Numbered from the stretch's first letter, positions 42,358 through 56,797 are shown. The stretch is 64,000 nucleotides of DNA from an uncultured Actinomycetes bacterium (GCA_963742735.1 CAVUMN010000003.1:448001-512000), one strand, 5' to 3'. The notes: generated by a model not told the origin, from the letters alone. Numbers and translations: made by a program.

Positions 42358-43047
42358 TCAGGGGTATCGCGCCACCGAGCGTGCGGCCAGGACCTGGCGT
42401 CCGATCTCGGCCATCAGTTGATCGGTGAGGGCCTGGACGTGCTCGGCCGAGGCCGGGTCTCCCTTCGGCTGGATCGGCGCGCCGACGCAGATCCCGACCA
42501 CCGGGCGAAGCGGGGGCTTGAAGAGCAAGCCGGTCTTCGGCCAGCGCGCGTTCGTGCCCCAGATTCCCACGGGGATGATCGGGCCCTCCGAGGCCAGCGC
42601 CAGCCTCGCCGCCCCCCGTCTGCCGGGCATCAGCGGGCCCGGCCCCACGCCGCCCTCCGGGTAGACGCCCGCCAGGGCGCCCGATCGGACCACCGCCGTG
42701 GCTCCCTCGAGCGCCTGCACGCTCGAGGCGCCCCGGACCACGGGGATCTGACGGATCCTTCGAAGGCCCCACCCCACGACGGGAACGTCGAAGTTCCCCG
42801 CCGCCGCCAGGAACCGGACGGTGCGGCCCCGCCTCGCCGCCATCAACCCGAGGATGACGGGATCGAACACGCTGACGTGGTTCGAGACGATGACCCCGCC
42901 ACCGTCGGCCGGGATCTGTGCCAGCCCGTGCGGCCGCACGCGGAACAGCGCGTACATGACGGGAGCGATCACGGCACGGCCGATCGACCACCACAGGTCC
43001 TGGTCGGCGCGTCCGGTCGGGATCGGACGGTCGGGCTGGTAGCTCGT
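42358..43047 (-). CDS. Lysophospholipid acyltransferase (PlsC family); start uncertain (ACG at 43047 or GTG at 42972)
   Basis: NHVSVFD, YPEG, GAARLA motifs. Confidence 0.88.
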   Translation of the reverse strand, partial: TSYQPDRPIPTGRADQDLWWSIGRAVIAPVMYALFRVRPHGLAQIPADGGGVIVSNHVSVFDPVILGLMAARRGRTVRFLAAAGNFDVPVVGWGLRRIRQIPVVRGASSVQALEGATAVVRSGALAGVYPEGGVGPGPLMPGRRGAARLALASEGPIIPVGIWGTNARWPKTGLLFKPPLRPVVGICVGAPIQPKGDPASAEHVQALTDQLMAEIGRQVLAARSVARYP

Positions 43048-43100
43048 TTTGGTGCCCTCCTGTGGTTGGATCCTGCGGGATGAGGGACGATAGTGGCCTC

Positions 43101-43763
43101 ATGGCTGGCCACACCGCCGCCGAGGCACCGCCCAAACCCCGTTTCCGAGGCCGATTGCACCAGGTCGCGTTCATCGTCTCGATCCCGGCGGGGTTGACCC
43201 TAGTCGCCCTTGCCGAGCGGCCGGTCGCCAGGGTGGCGGCCGCCATCTACGCGCTGAGCCTGATCGCGCTCTACGGGACCAGCGCCGCGTACCACCTGGG
43301 CCGGTGGTCGACCCGAACGTTCGACCGGATGCGCAAGCTCGATCACTCGATGATCTACGTGCTGATCGCGGGCACCTACACCCCGATCGCCCTGCTCGGC
43401 CTGAAGCGGCCCTGGTCGATCGTGATCCTCACGCTCGCCTGGGCCGGCGCCGCGTTCGGCGTCGTGCTCAAGCTCGCGAAGTTCGATCGCGTGAAGGTCC
43501 TGGGGGCGGTCCTCTACATCGTGCTGGGGTGGCTGGCCGTGCTCATGACGCCCCTCCTGATCCGCCAGCTCACCCTTGCCCAGCTGCTGCTGATCCTGGC
43601 GGGGGGACTCCTCTACACGGGCGGCTCGATCATCCTGCTCCTCAACCGTCCCAACCCCAGGCCGGCCACCTTCGGGTACCACGAGATCTGGCACGCAATG
43701 GGGATCGCGGCGGGCGCGTGTCACTACACGGCGGTCCTCCTGCTGGTCCTCATCGCCGTGTAG
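43101..43763 (+). CDS. Hemolysin III / PAQR (TrhA) family membrane protein
   Basis: SAAYH, LDHSMIYVLIAGTYTP, YHEIWH. Confidence 0.93.
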   Translation: MAGHTAAEAPPKPRFRGRLHQVAFIVSIPAGLTLVALAERPVARVAAAIYALSLIALYGTSAAYHLGRWSTRTFDRMRKLDHSMIYVLIAGTYTPIALLGLKRPWSIVILTLAWAGAAFGVVLKLAKFDRVKVLGAVLYIVLGWLAVLMTPLLIRQLTLAQLLLILAGGLLYTGGSIILLLNRPNPRPATFGYHEIWHAMGIAAGACHYTAVLLLVLIAV

Positions 43764-43772
43764 GACGCCACG

Positions 43773-45038
43773 ATGGCGATCGTGTCCGCGACCGACGCCC
43801 TCGTCCAGTTCCTGCGAGACCACGGCGTCCCGGAGGACCAGATCCAGGCGGCGAAGGCCGAGGGCCCGAGAGCGCTGGAGCTCCTTGCTTCGGAGCGCAT
43901 GCTCATCGGCGAGGAGGCGAAGTACACCGCGCCGGAGTGCGCCGCCATCGCCGGCGTCCCCGAGGACCTCGCCGACCGCTTCTGGCGCGCCCTCGGCTTC
44001 CCGGACGTCCCGAAGGACCAGCCGATCTTCACCGACGCCGACGCCCGGATGCTCGCCGCCGCGGGCCAGCTGATCGAGCGCGGGATCTCCGAACCGGAGG
44101 TTGCCCTCCAGGTGACAAGGGTCATGGGGCTGTCGCTGGCCCGTGTTGCCGAGGCGCAGGTCGAGTCGTTCCGTCAGTCGATCGAGGCCGCCATGCGCGA
44201 GGCCGGCGCCGACGACGACGAGATCGCGCTCACCGTCCTCCAGCTGGCCACGGCCCTGATCCCGACGCTGGAGGCGTTCCTGCTGTACACGTGGCGGCGC
44301 CACCTGGCCGCGGCGGCCCGCCGCCACATGGTGGCGCACTTCGGGGATGAGGACCCCGGCGTCTCACTGGTCGTCGGGTTCGTGGACATGGTGGGGTTCA
44401 CCTCGCTCAGCCAGCAGCTCGACGACCGCCAGCTGGGACAGATCGTCGAGCGGTTCGAGGGCCTCGCGTACGACACCGTCGCCGCCTACGGCGGACGCGT
44501 GGTGAAGTGGATCGGCGACGAGGTGATGTTCGTGGCCGAGGACGTGCTGTCCGCGGCCGAGATCGCGCTCCGGATGGCCGAGGCCCACTCGGCGGCGGAT
44601 GACCTGCCCGACGTGGCGGTCGGCCTGGCCGCCGGGAAGGTCCTGCCCCGGGAGGGGGACTACCTGGGCCCCACCGTGAACCTGGCCGCCAGGATCGTCT
44701 CGGTCGCCCGGCGGGGGACCGTCGTGATCTCGGAGCCGACGCGCGATCTTCTGAACGAGGCCGAGACCGTGGAGTACGTGTGGCGCCCGTTGCGGCCGCG
44801 GGTCCTCAAGGGGATCGGCCGGGCGCAGCTGTGGAAGCTCGCCCGCGCCCAGAGCCTCGAGGCCGACGACGCGGGGCGGGCCCCGATCGCGACCACACGC
44901 GCCCGCGTGGAGAACGCCCTGGTGCGGGCCTCCGACGTCGTCGACCAGGTCGGGGAGCCGCTCGAGCGCATCGAGGAGGCCGTGAAACGGGTCAAGGAGC
45001 GCCGGTCGGACCGCACGAGGCGTCGAGGAAGATCCTGA
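43773..45038 (+). CDS. Class III adenylate cyclase with N-terminal regulatory domain
   Basis: FVDMVGFT, VKWIGDEVM, GDYLGPTVNLAAR; FWRALGF regulatory-domain motif. Confidence 0.93.
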   Translation: MAIVSATDALVQFLRDHGVPEDQIQAAKAEGPRALELLASERMLIGEEAKYTAPECAAIAGVPEDLADRFWRALGFPDVPKDQPIFTDADARMLAAAGQLIERGISEPEVALQVTRVMGLSLARVAEAQVESFRQSIEAAMREAGADDDEIALTVLQLATALIPTLEAFLLYTWRRHLAAAARRHMVAHFGDEDPGVSLVVGFVDMVGFTSLSQQLDDRQLGQIVERFEGLAYDTVAAYGGRVVKWIGDEVMFVAEDVLSAAEIALRMAEAHSAADDLPDVAVGLAAGKVLPREGDYLGPTVNLAARIVSVARRGTVVISEPTRDLLNEAETVEYVWRPLRPRVLKGIGRAQLWKLARAQSLEADDAGRAPIATTRARVENALVRASDVVDQVGEPLERIEEAVKRVKERRSDRTRRRGRS

Positions 45039-45399
45039 GGGCAACCAGGTTGGTGCCGTCCAGCAAGGCCTCGGCACAGACCCGGGGACCCACCTCGAGG
45101 CCGTCCGTCTCCTCGGAGCTCAGGTCACGCCAGGCGCCTCCGTCGGCGACCAGGAACCGCGTGGCGCCCTCCGCGAGCCGCTGCAGCCGCACGATCGCAT
45201 CGGACTCGCCCAGGATGGTGAGGTGCCCCTCGGCGATCTCCTGAAGGGATCCACCGACCCAGACGATCGGAGGTCCGCCCGGGACGGGCGAGCGATCCTC
45301 GACCGAGGGGACCCCCGGATCGGCCGGAGGAGCCTCCTCGAACAGGTCGCAACCGCCGAGGGTCGAGAGCAACAGCACGATCGCGAGCGCGCGCCGCAT
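44992..45399 (-). CDS. Putative lipoprotein
   Basis: MRR + hydrophobic core + LGGC lipobox. Confidence 0.65.
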   Translation of the reverse strand: MRRALAIVLLLSTLGGCDLFEEAPPADPGVPSVEDRSPVPGGPPIVWVGGSLQEIAEGHLTILGESDAIVRLQRLAEGATRFLVADGGAWRDLSSEETDGLEVGPRVCAEALLDGTNLVALRIFLDASCGPTGAP

Positions 45400-45530
45400 G
45401 GTGCGATTCAACCATCCGGGAGGGCCCGGAAAGTTGAACGCGCACACGCGCCACCATAGGATTCGCCGGGCCGGGCCGATGGCCCGGCTTTGTTGCTCGC
45501 GCCCCCGGAGGCGCTCGGGAGGGAGGTAAC

Positions 45531-46970
45531 GTGCCCAGGCCCTGGGACGGGCTCTCCGCACGGGACCAGGTGCGGTTGCAGGAAGCCATGCTCCGTGACT
45601 TCCTCCCGCGGTATCTGTACCCCTTCAGCCCCTTCTACCGAAGGGTCTTCGACAACGCCGGGGTGAAGCCGGCCGACGTCCGCAAGCTGCGCGACCTGCA
45701 GAAGCTGCCCCTGACCTCGCGGGAGCAGTTCCGGGCCGAGGGCGATCCGGCCCGGCCGTTCCAGGCCCTGCTCCGGCCGGACGAGCACAGCCTGAAGCGC
45801 TGGTTCCATCGCTCGCTGATGCGCCGGGTCATGCGAGAGAAGCTCCTGCGCGGCGACGACGCGGCGGAGCGGGTCCTCGCCGAGGAGTTCAAGCCGATCC
45901 ATCTCCACCTCCCGCTCGCCGGGGGGCCCGTCGTCGGCTACACGATGCGCGACCTGATGTCCACGGCCCAGGCCGGGGCGCGGATGTTCTCGGTGATGGG
46001 CGCGACCCGTCAGGACGTCCTGCTCTCGTCGCTTCCGTTCGGCGCCGAGCTGGCCCACTGGTTCACGTACTACGGGACCCAGGCCTCCGGGATGGCGGGC
46101 GCCCACCTTGGGGGTGGGCAGGCCGTGCGCCCATCACAGGTGGCGCTGTGGATGTCGCGTCTGCAGGCGTCGGTGTTCGTAACCCAGCCCGGTTACGCCG
46201 AGGGGCTCCTGCGGGCCGCACCCCCGGCGACCTTCCAGACCCTCAAGCTGCTGGCCCTGTGGGGCGGCGAGGGGATGCAGGGCGCCCGCTCGCGGTTCAC
46301 CACCCTGCTGCACACCGCCGGAGTGGGGGGGGCCCGGGTCACCGCCGTGCTCTCGTTTCCCGAGGCCCGGCTGGCGTGGGCGGAGTGCCCCTCGCCGCAG
46401 GGGCAGCCCGAGCTTTCGTTCGGGTTCCACACGTACCCCGATCTGGAGATCGTCGAGATCGTCGATCCCGACACCGGGGCCCAGATGGGCGAGGCCGAGC
46501 CCGGGGAGATCGTCTACACGTCGCTGGACTGGCGCGGATCCGCGCTCCTGCGGTTCCGCACGGGCCTGATCGCCCGCCAGGGCATGGTCCGGTCGCGCTG
46601 CCCCGGATGCGGCCGATCGGTCCCTCGGATCGGCGCCGACATCTCCCGGCTGGAGTGGACGGACGCCGCCACCCGCGATCTGAGCGGCGACGCCCAGTTC
46701 GACCTGGCCGACCTGTTCCCCGTGCTGTGGGGTGAGACCGACATCCCGCTGTGGCAGGTCGATCTGGTCCAGGGGGCGGGCCCGCACGGCGAGGACGTCG
46801 TGAATGCGCTCCTCGCCGGCGGCAACGCGACCGCGCAGGCGAACGTGACCAGGGACCTCAAGCCCTTCCGCGTCCGCGTCCGCCCCGTGCCATTCCAGGA
46901 CCTCCGCCGCCGCGTCGGCGTCGGTCTCGAGCGCTCCGAGCAGCGCGTCCTCATCCGCTCGGCCGTCTGA
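45531..46970 (+). CDS. Phenylacetate-CoA ligase (PaaK)-like protein with degenerate ATP-binding loop
   Basis: SPFYR, DLQKLPLT, EIVDPDTG...GEIVYTSL, LLRFRTG. Confidence 0.75.
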   Translation: MPRPWDGLSARDQVRLQEAMLRDFLPRYLYPFSPFYRRVFDNAGVKPADVRKLRDLQKLPLTSREQFRAEGDPARPFQALLRPDEHSLKRWFHRSLMRRVMREKLLRGDDAAERVLAEEFKPIHLHLPLAGGPVVGYTMRDLMSTAQAGARMFSVMGATRQDVLLSSLPFGAELAHWFTYYGTQASGMAGAHLGGGQAVRPSQVALWMSRLQASVFVTQPGYAEGLLRAAPPATFQTLKLLALWGGEGMQGARSRFTTLLHTAGVGGARVTAVLSFPEARLAWAECPSPQGQPELSFGFHTYPDLEIVEIVDPDTGAQMGEAEPGEIVYTSLDWRGSALLRFRTGLIARQGMVRSRCPGCGRSVPRIGADISRLEWTDAATRDLSGDAQFDLADLFPVLWGETDIPLWQVDLVQGAGPHGEDVVNALLAGGNATAQANVTRDLKPFRVRVRPVPFQDLRRRVGVGLERSEQRVLIRSAV

Positions 46971-47032
46971 CCGCTGCCGATACGACCAACCCCCAACGAG
47001 ATACGGCCGGTGCGTGTGCTAGCTTCGGCTGC

Positions 47033-50855
<3,823 letters not shown>

Positions 50856-50862
50856 CCCGGGC

Positions 50863-52446
50863 TCAGGGCTCGAGGGTGGCTTCGTCCTCGGCCAGCGAGT
50901 GGGGACGGACGTCCGGAACCCAGTACTCCACGAGCGTGCCTCCGCCCACCGCCGACTCCACGCGGCACCATCCGCCGGCGGAGTGGGCCCGCGCGCGCAT
51001 CCCCGCCAGCCCGAGGTGGCCGGGCCCGGGGTCGTTCCCGTTCACGTTGAACCCGACGCCGTCGTCTCGGATCCGCACCCGGCATCCCTGGTCGAGGGCG
51101 TCGAGGTTGATGTGCACCTTGTGGGCGCGGGCATGCTTGAGCACGTTCGTGAGCGCTTCCTGGGCGATGCGGAAGACGATCTGGCGGGCCTCCGAGGGCG
51201 GCTCGGTCGGGACGCCGCCCTCGAAGGTGAACTCCAGTCCGGCCTGACCCCGGGCCCGCTCCAGGAGCTGGCGGAGGGCGGGCTCGATCCCGTACTCGTC
51301 CAGGGCGTGCGGGTGCACCTCGAAGATCAGCCCCCGGAGGCTCGCGATGCACCGGCTCACGTCGCGGATGAGCTGGTCGCACGCCTCGACCTGCGCGGGG
51401 TCCTCGATGTGGTTCCGGAGGGTCTCCAGACGCATGAGGGCGGCGGTGAGGCCCTGGATGGAGTCGTCGTGGATGTCCTGGGCGATCCGCTCGCGCTCCT
51501 CCTCCTGCGCCGTCACCAGCCGGGCCATGAGCGCCCGCCGGTCGGTGTAGGCGCTCTCCAGGAGGCGGACGCTGTCCTGCAGCTCCTGCTGGGTACGGAT
51601 CCGCTCGCTCACGTCGCGGAACGTGGCCACGACGGCCTCCACCCCGTGCTCGTCGAGGAGGTTCTTCCCCACTCCCTCGATCCAGCGCCACGTCCCGTCG
51701 CGGTGCCGGACCCGAAACAGGCCGCTCGAGGTGGCCCCGGGGGCCTTGAGCACGTCCGTCCACAGCCGCCTGGCCTGATCGGCGTCGTCCGGGTGGACGA
51801 GCTCCATCGCCACCCGGCCGGCGAGCTCGGCCTCGCGGTAGCCGAGGACGCGCTGGACGGAGGGGGTGGCGTACACCACCCGGCCGTGCGCCGACCACAA
51901 CATGATCGCGTCGGAGGAATTCTCGAACAGGACCTTGAACCGGCGCTCGCTCTCCTGGGCGGCGTTCTCGGCCTCGCGGCGCTTGGTGATGTCCCGGGCG
52001 ATCCCCTGGATCCCGACGGGCTTCCCGTCGCGGCGCAGGAGCCAGGTGCTGACCTCGAGGGGCACCGGGGTCCCGTCCTTGCGGATGATCTCGAGCTCGT
52101 ACGTGGTGACTTCTTCGCCGGCGAGCTTGCGCATGATCTGCTGCTTGGCCAGCTCCCGGTACTCCGGCGAGACCACGCTTCCGAAGTGCAGCCCGGCCAG
52201 CTCCTCCCGCGAGTAGCCGGTGATGGTCTGAGCCGCCCGGTTCATCGAGATGAAGTTCCCCTCCAGGTCGTGCGTGTAGATGATCTCGGGGGCGTTGTCG
52301 AACAGGGCGGGGGCCTGTGCTTCCGCCTGCCGCAGGACGGGGTCGACCTCGGGGATCACGACGATGCGCTCCGACGACGGAGCGGCCTGGGACGGGGAGG
52401 TCGCCTCGTCCGGGTCGGGCGTCTGGGGCGCTTCCTGGCGTTCCAT
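50863..52446 (-). CDS. Cytoplasmic two-PAS sensor histidine kinase (HisKA_3)
   Basis: EEERERIAQDIHD, QEALTNVLKHA, DDGVGF, GLAGMRARA. Confidence 0.93.
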   Translation of the reverse strand: MERQEAPQTPDPDEATSPSQAAPSSERIVVIPEVDPVLRQAEAQAPALFDNAPEIIYTHDLEGNFISMNRAAQTITGYSREELAGLHFGSVVSPEYRELAKQQIMRKLAGEEVTTYELEIIRKDGTPVPLEVSTWLLRRDGKPVGIQGIARDITKRREAENAAQESERRFKVLFENSSDAIMLWSAHGRVVYATPSVQRVLGYREAELAGRVAMELVHPDDADQARRLWTDVLKAPGATSSGLFRVRHRDGTWRWIEGVGKNLLDEHGVEAVVATFRDVSERIRTQQELQDSVRLLESAYTDRRALMARLVTAQEEERERIAQDIHDDSIQGLTAALMRLETLRNHIEDPAQVEACDQLIRDVSRCIASLRGLIFEVHPHALDEYGIEPALRQLLERARGQAGLEFTFEGGVPTEPPSEARQIVFRIAQEALTNVLKHARAHKVHINLDALDQGCRVRIRDDGVGFNVNGNDPGPGHLGLAGMRARAHSAGGWCRVESAVGGGTLVEYWVPDVRPHSLAEDEATLEP

Positions 52447-52559
52447 GGGCCTCCCCGTGGCAGGTGCGGCCGCCACAGTGCGGAGGCGGGCCGGATGCGG
52501 ACCGTGGTCAATGGTGAAGGGTTCCGCCCGGGGTGTCCAGACCTTCCGGAGCGTCCGGT

Positions 52560-54884
52560 TCAGTCCTCGTTCGGGCGCATCGGCACCCAGAACTCGACGG
52601 TGGCCCCGGATCCCGGCTTGGAATCGAGCCGCCACCAGCCGCCAACGGTCTCCGCGCGCGCGCGCATCGCGGCCAGGCCGAGGTGTCCGGCCGAGGGCTG
52701 GGCGGCCTCCTCGGGGAAGAAGCCGACGCCGTCGTCGACGATCGTGCCCCGGATCCCGTCGTTCTCCTCGGCGAGGGTGACGGAGACCTTGCGCGCTCGC
52801 GCGTGCCGCAGGACGTTCGTGAGGGCCTCCTGGACGATCCGGTACACGACCAGGCGCACCTCCGCAGGGGGTTCGCCGGTGAGCTTCTCGTTCAGCTCGT
52901 ACTCGAGGCCCACCTCACGGGCTGCCTTCGCCAGGAGCTGGGAGAGCGAGGACACGAGCCCGTACTGCTCCAGAGCGTGCGGGTGGACCTCGAAGATCAG
53001 CTCGCGGAGGCTGGCGATGCAGCGGCGGACGGAGTCCTGGAGCTGCCGGCAGGCGTCGGCCTGGGCGGGGTCCGTCAGATGGCGCTGCAGGACCTCCAGC
53101 CGCATGCTCACGGCGGTCATCACCTGGATCGACTCGTCGTGGATGTCCATGGCGATGCGCTCCCGCTCCTCCTCCTGGGCGTTGACCAGGCGGGCCATCA
53201 GGTCGCGGCGCTCGGAGTCGACCTTCTGGAGCAGCTCCAGGCTGGACTTCAGATCGCGCTCGGCGTTGACACGTTCGGTGACGTCGCGGAAGGTGGTGAC
53301 GATGGCCCCGACGCCCGGGTCGTCCATAAGGTTCTTGCCGACGCCCTCGATCCAGCGCCAGTCCCCGTCACGGCGCATGACCCGGAACGTGCCACGGACG
53401 TTCTTGCCCGGGTTGGCCAGGGAGAACTCCACCGCAGCCCGGATCGCGTCGCGGTCGTCGCGGTGGATCGAATCGAACGCGCTGTGTCCCACCAGCTCGT
53501 CCTCGTGATAGCCGAGGATGCGGGTGGTGGAGGGGGTGACGTACGTGATGATCGAGTCGGCGTCCCAGAGCATGACCGCCTCGGAGGAGTTCTCGATGAG
53601 GGCGCGGAACCGCCGCTCGCTCTCCTGCAGCGTGTGGGCCTGCTCCTGGAGGGCCTCCTCGGCGACGCGGCGGTCCGTGATGTTCTGACCGGCGCCCACG
53701 ATGTGCGTCGGCCGGCCCCGGTCGTCACGTACCAGCGTGGTGTAGAAGCGAACCCAGAACGTCTCGCCCGACTTCGCGACCAGCCGAAGCTCGCGGACCG
53801 AGCGCTCGGTCTCCCCGAGCGAGGCGATGGCCTCCGCGACCACGTCGTAGTCCTCGGCGTACACGATCGAGAACACCCCGCGCTCGTTCAGCTCCTCCGC
53901 GGTGTAGCCGAGGTCGCGGGTGAAGCTGCCGGTGATCCAGTCCAGGACCAGCTGCCCGTCGCGGGTCACGTTCAGCACGTACGCGTAGTCGGAGATGAGG
54001 TCCGAGATCACGCGGTACCGGCGCTCGCTCTCCCGCAGGGCCTCCTCGGCCTGGCGTCGCCGGGAGATGTCGCGGACGATGCCCTGGATCGCGACGGGTT
54101 TGTCGTCCCGGCGCAGGAGCCACGAGTTGACCTCCACCGGCACCCGGCGCCCCTGCTCGCCGATCACCTCGATCTCGTAGGTGGGAACCGACTCGCCCTT
54201 GATCAGGCGGTCCAGGACGTCCTGCACCAACTCGTGATATTCGGGAGCGACCAGGGAGAGCGCGTTGAGCGCCTCGCCGTCCTTGGTGTCGTAGAACCCG
54301 GTGCGCCGGGCCGCCTCGTTCAGCTCGGTGTACTCCCCGCCGATGCTGTGGGTGTAGACGACGTCGCTGGCGTTCTCGATCAGCTCGCGATAGCGGAGCT
54401 CGCTCTCACGGAACGCGCGCTCGGCGGCGAGGCGTTCGGTCACATCGTTCACCAGCACCAGGCGGCACCGACGGCCCCCAAGCTCGATCTCGCTCGACCG
54501 GACCTCCACCTCGATGAGGGAGCCGTCCTTCTTGCGATGGCGCCACGTCGAGGGCACGTCGAGGTCGGTGCCCTCGCGGAGGCGCCGCTCGAGCGCGGGC
54601 ACGTCCTCGGACGGACGGATGTCCTTGATCGTCATCGCCAGAAACTCGTCGCGCGTGTACCCGTAGACGTCGAGTGCCGCCTCGTTCACCGCGAGGAACT
54701 CGAGCGTGGCCAGGTCGTAGACCCACATGGGGTTGGGGTTGCTGTCGAACAGCAGCCGGTAGGGATCGCCGGACTCGGTGAGGCCCCGGCCGGTGGCGAT
54801 GAGCGGTTCCTGCCCAGGCCAGTCCGCGCCTGTATCCAAGGCAGGCGGAGTCGATGCCGGGGGCACCGGATCGATGATGCTCAT
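52560..54884 (-). CDS. Cytoplasmic four-PAS sensor histidine kinase (HisKA_3)
   Basis: Repeated PAS/PAC units; EEERERIAMDIHD, QEALTNVLRHA, DDGVGF. Confidence 0.93.
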   Translation of the reverse strand: MSIIDPVPPASTPPALDTGADWPGQEPLIATGRGLTESGDPYRLLFDSNPNPMWVYDLATLEFLAVNEAALDVYGYTRDEFLAMTIKDIRPSEDVPALERRLREGTDLDVPSTWRHRKKDGSLIEVEVRSSEIELGGRRCRLVLVNDVTERLAAERAFRESELRYRELIENASDVVYTHSIGGEYTELNEAARRTGFYDTKDGEALNALSLVAPEYHELVQDVLDRLIKGESVPTYEIEVIGEQGRRVPVEVNSWLLRRDDKPVAIQGIVRDISRRRQAEEALRESERRYRVISDLISDYAYVLNVTRDGQLVLDWITGSFTRDLGYTAEELNERGVFSIVYAEDYDVVAEAIASLGETERSVRELRLVAKSGETFWVRFYTTLVRDDRGRPTHIVGAGQNITDRRVAEEALQEQAHTLQESERRFRALIENSSEAVMLWDADSIITYVTPSTTRILGYHEDELVGHSAFDSIHRDDRDAIRAAVEFSLANPGKNVRGTFRVMRRDGDWRWIEGVGKNLMDDPGVGAIVTTFRDVTERVNAERDLKSSLELLQKVDSERRDLMARLVNAQEEERERIAMDIHDESIQVMTAVSMRLEVLQRHLTDPAQADACRQLQDSVRRCIASLRELIFEVHPHALEQYGLVSSLSQLLAKAAREVGLEYELNEKLTGEPPAEVRLVVYRIVQEALTNVLRHARARKVSVTLAEENDGIRGTIVDDGVGFFPEEAAQPSAGHLGLAAMRARAETVGGWWRLDSKPGSGATVEFWVPMRPNED

Positions 54885-55050
54885 CTGGGCCTTCCTGGTG
54901 ACACGGGGCAGGGTGGTGCACCTTCACGGCGCGCTACGGGCAAAGCAGACAACCTTGAACACAAAATGGTGGACAAGACGGCCCTCGTCTGTCCAGTCCC
55001 CCATTCGGGGGGCACGGCGGCCATTGTGCCCCACCGATACACTCCCCGGC

Positions 55051-55341
55051 ATGCCGGTGGAGATCGATGTTGACCATGTTGCCCGTCTTGCGCGACTTGC
55101 TCTGACCGACGAGGAGCGGGAACGGTTCCGGGCGCAGCTCGCGGTGATCCTCGAGCACGCCGAGCGGGTCCGCGAGGTGGCCGCGGAGGACGTCCCCCCC
55201 ACGGCGCACCCCCTGCCGAGGGCGAACGTGTTCCGCGACGACGTCCCCGGCGAGACCCTCTCGCACGAGCTTGCGTTGTCGACCGCGCCCGAGACCGAGG
55301 ACGGCCGGTTCCGGGTCCCGCGGGTCACGGAGATCGAGTGA
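55051..55341 (+). CDS. gatC: Asp/Glu-tRNA amidotransferase subunit C
   Basis: [10 protein letters not shown]...NVFRDD...FRVP. Confidence 0.95.
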   Translation: MPVEIDVDHVARLARLALTDEERERFRAQLAVILEHAERVREVAAEDVPPTAHPLPRANVFRDDVPGETLSHELALSTAPETEDGRFRVPRVTEIE

Positions 55342-56797
55342 GCGTGGAGCTCTGCGACCTCCCCGCGCACGTGCTCACCGCGCGGATCGACGCCGGCGAG
55401 ATCACGTCTCTCGACGCCCTGGAGTCCTGTCTGGCCCGGATCGAGGCCGTCGAGCCCCGCGTCAAGGCCTTCCTGACCGACCACGCCGGAGGCGGCCCGG
55501 GAACGCGCCGCCACCGCCCCGAGCGGCGGGCGTCGGCGGCATCCCCCTCGCCCTGAAGGACGTGCTCGCGACGAAGGGCATCCGCACCACGTGCGGCTCG
55601 AAGATCCTGGAGTCGTACGTCCCGCCCTACGACTGCACGGCGTGGGAGCGGCTGAGCGCGGCCGGCTCCGTCCTGATCGGCAAGACCAACTGCGACGAGT
55701 TCGCCATGGGGTCCTCCACCGAGAACTCCGCGTTCTTTCCGACCCGCAACCCGTGGGATCTCGACCGGGTCCCGGGCGGGTCCAGCGGGGGTTCCGCGGC
55801 GGCGGTCGCGTCCGGGGAGGCGATCTGGGCGCTGGGGACCGACACCGGCGGCTCGGTGCGCCAGCCGGCCGCTCTATGCGGCATCGTCGGTCTGAAGCCG
55901 ACGTACGGCCTGGTGTCGCGCTACGGCCTGATCGCGTTCGCCTCCTCCCTCGACCACGTCTCCACGTTCAGCCGCGACGTCCGCGACGCGGCGACGCTGC
56001 TCTCCGCGATCGCCGGCCACGACCCGCGTGACTCGACCTCGCTCCCGCAGCCGCCACGCGACTACGCCGCCGGGATCGAGGAGGGGGTGAAGGGTCTTCG
56101 CGTGGGCGTGGTGGAGTCCTGGCTGGGGCAGGAGGGCGTGGAGCCGGGCGTCACCGAGCGGATTATCGAGGCCGCCGACCGCTTCGCCGCGCTCGGCGCC
56201 GAGGTCGGCTCGGTGGAGCTTCCCCACGCGGCCTACGCCCTGTCCGCGTACTACCTGATCGCCCCGGCCGAGGCGTCCTCGAACCTGGCCCGCTACGACG
56301 GGGTGCGCTACGGCCATCGCGCCCCGGACGTGCGCGACGTCGTGGAGATGAACATGCGCACACGCGGCGAGGGGTTCGGCGACGAGGTCAAGCGGCGGAT
56401 CATGCTCGGGACCTACTCGCTCTCGGCCGGGTACTACGACGCGTACTACGGCCAGGCCCAGAAGGTTCGCACGCTCGTGATCCGCGACTTCCAGGCGGCG
56501 TTCGAGAACTACGACCTGCTGCTGTCGCCGACGTCGCCCACGGTGGCCTTCCGGCTGGGGGAGAAGACGGAGAACCCGCTCTCGATGTACCTGGCCGACG
56601 TCTTCACCATCCCGGCCGACCTGGCGGGCATCCCCGCCATCTCCGTGCCTGGGGGACTGGCGAAGGGGCTGCCGGTCGGGGTGCAGCTGATGGGCCGCGC
56701 CCTGGACGAGGCCACCGTGCTCCGCGCGGCGTGGGCGTTCGAACAGGACCTGGGCTTCGCCGAGCGTCCACCGCTCCTGGAGGGTCTCCCCGCATGA
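55338..56797 (+). CDS. gatA: Asp/Glu-tRNA amidotransferase subunit A (apparent indels at about 55475 and 55532)
   Basis: Amidase signature [25 protein letters not shown]; N-terminus in a different frame. Confidence 0.95.

Noticed and set aside
43101-43763. Hemolysin III as a virulence toxin
   Set aside because: The PAQR/TrhA family is widespread and linked to membrane homeostasis.
43773-45038. Cyclase as part of a Pycsar/CBASS-like defence system with the cNMP-domain protein
   Set aside because: It is a typical actinobacterial regulatory adenylate cyclase with ATP-specifying K/D residues and host-like GC, about 13 kb from the cNMP genes and not operonic with an effector.
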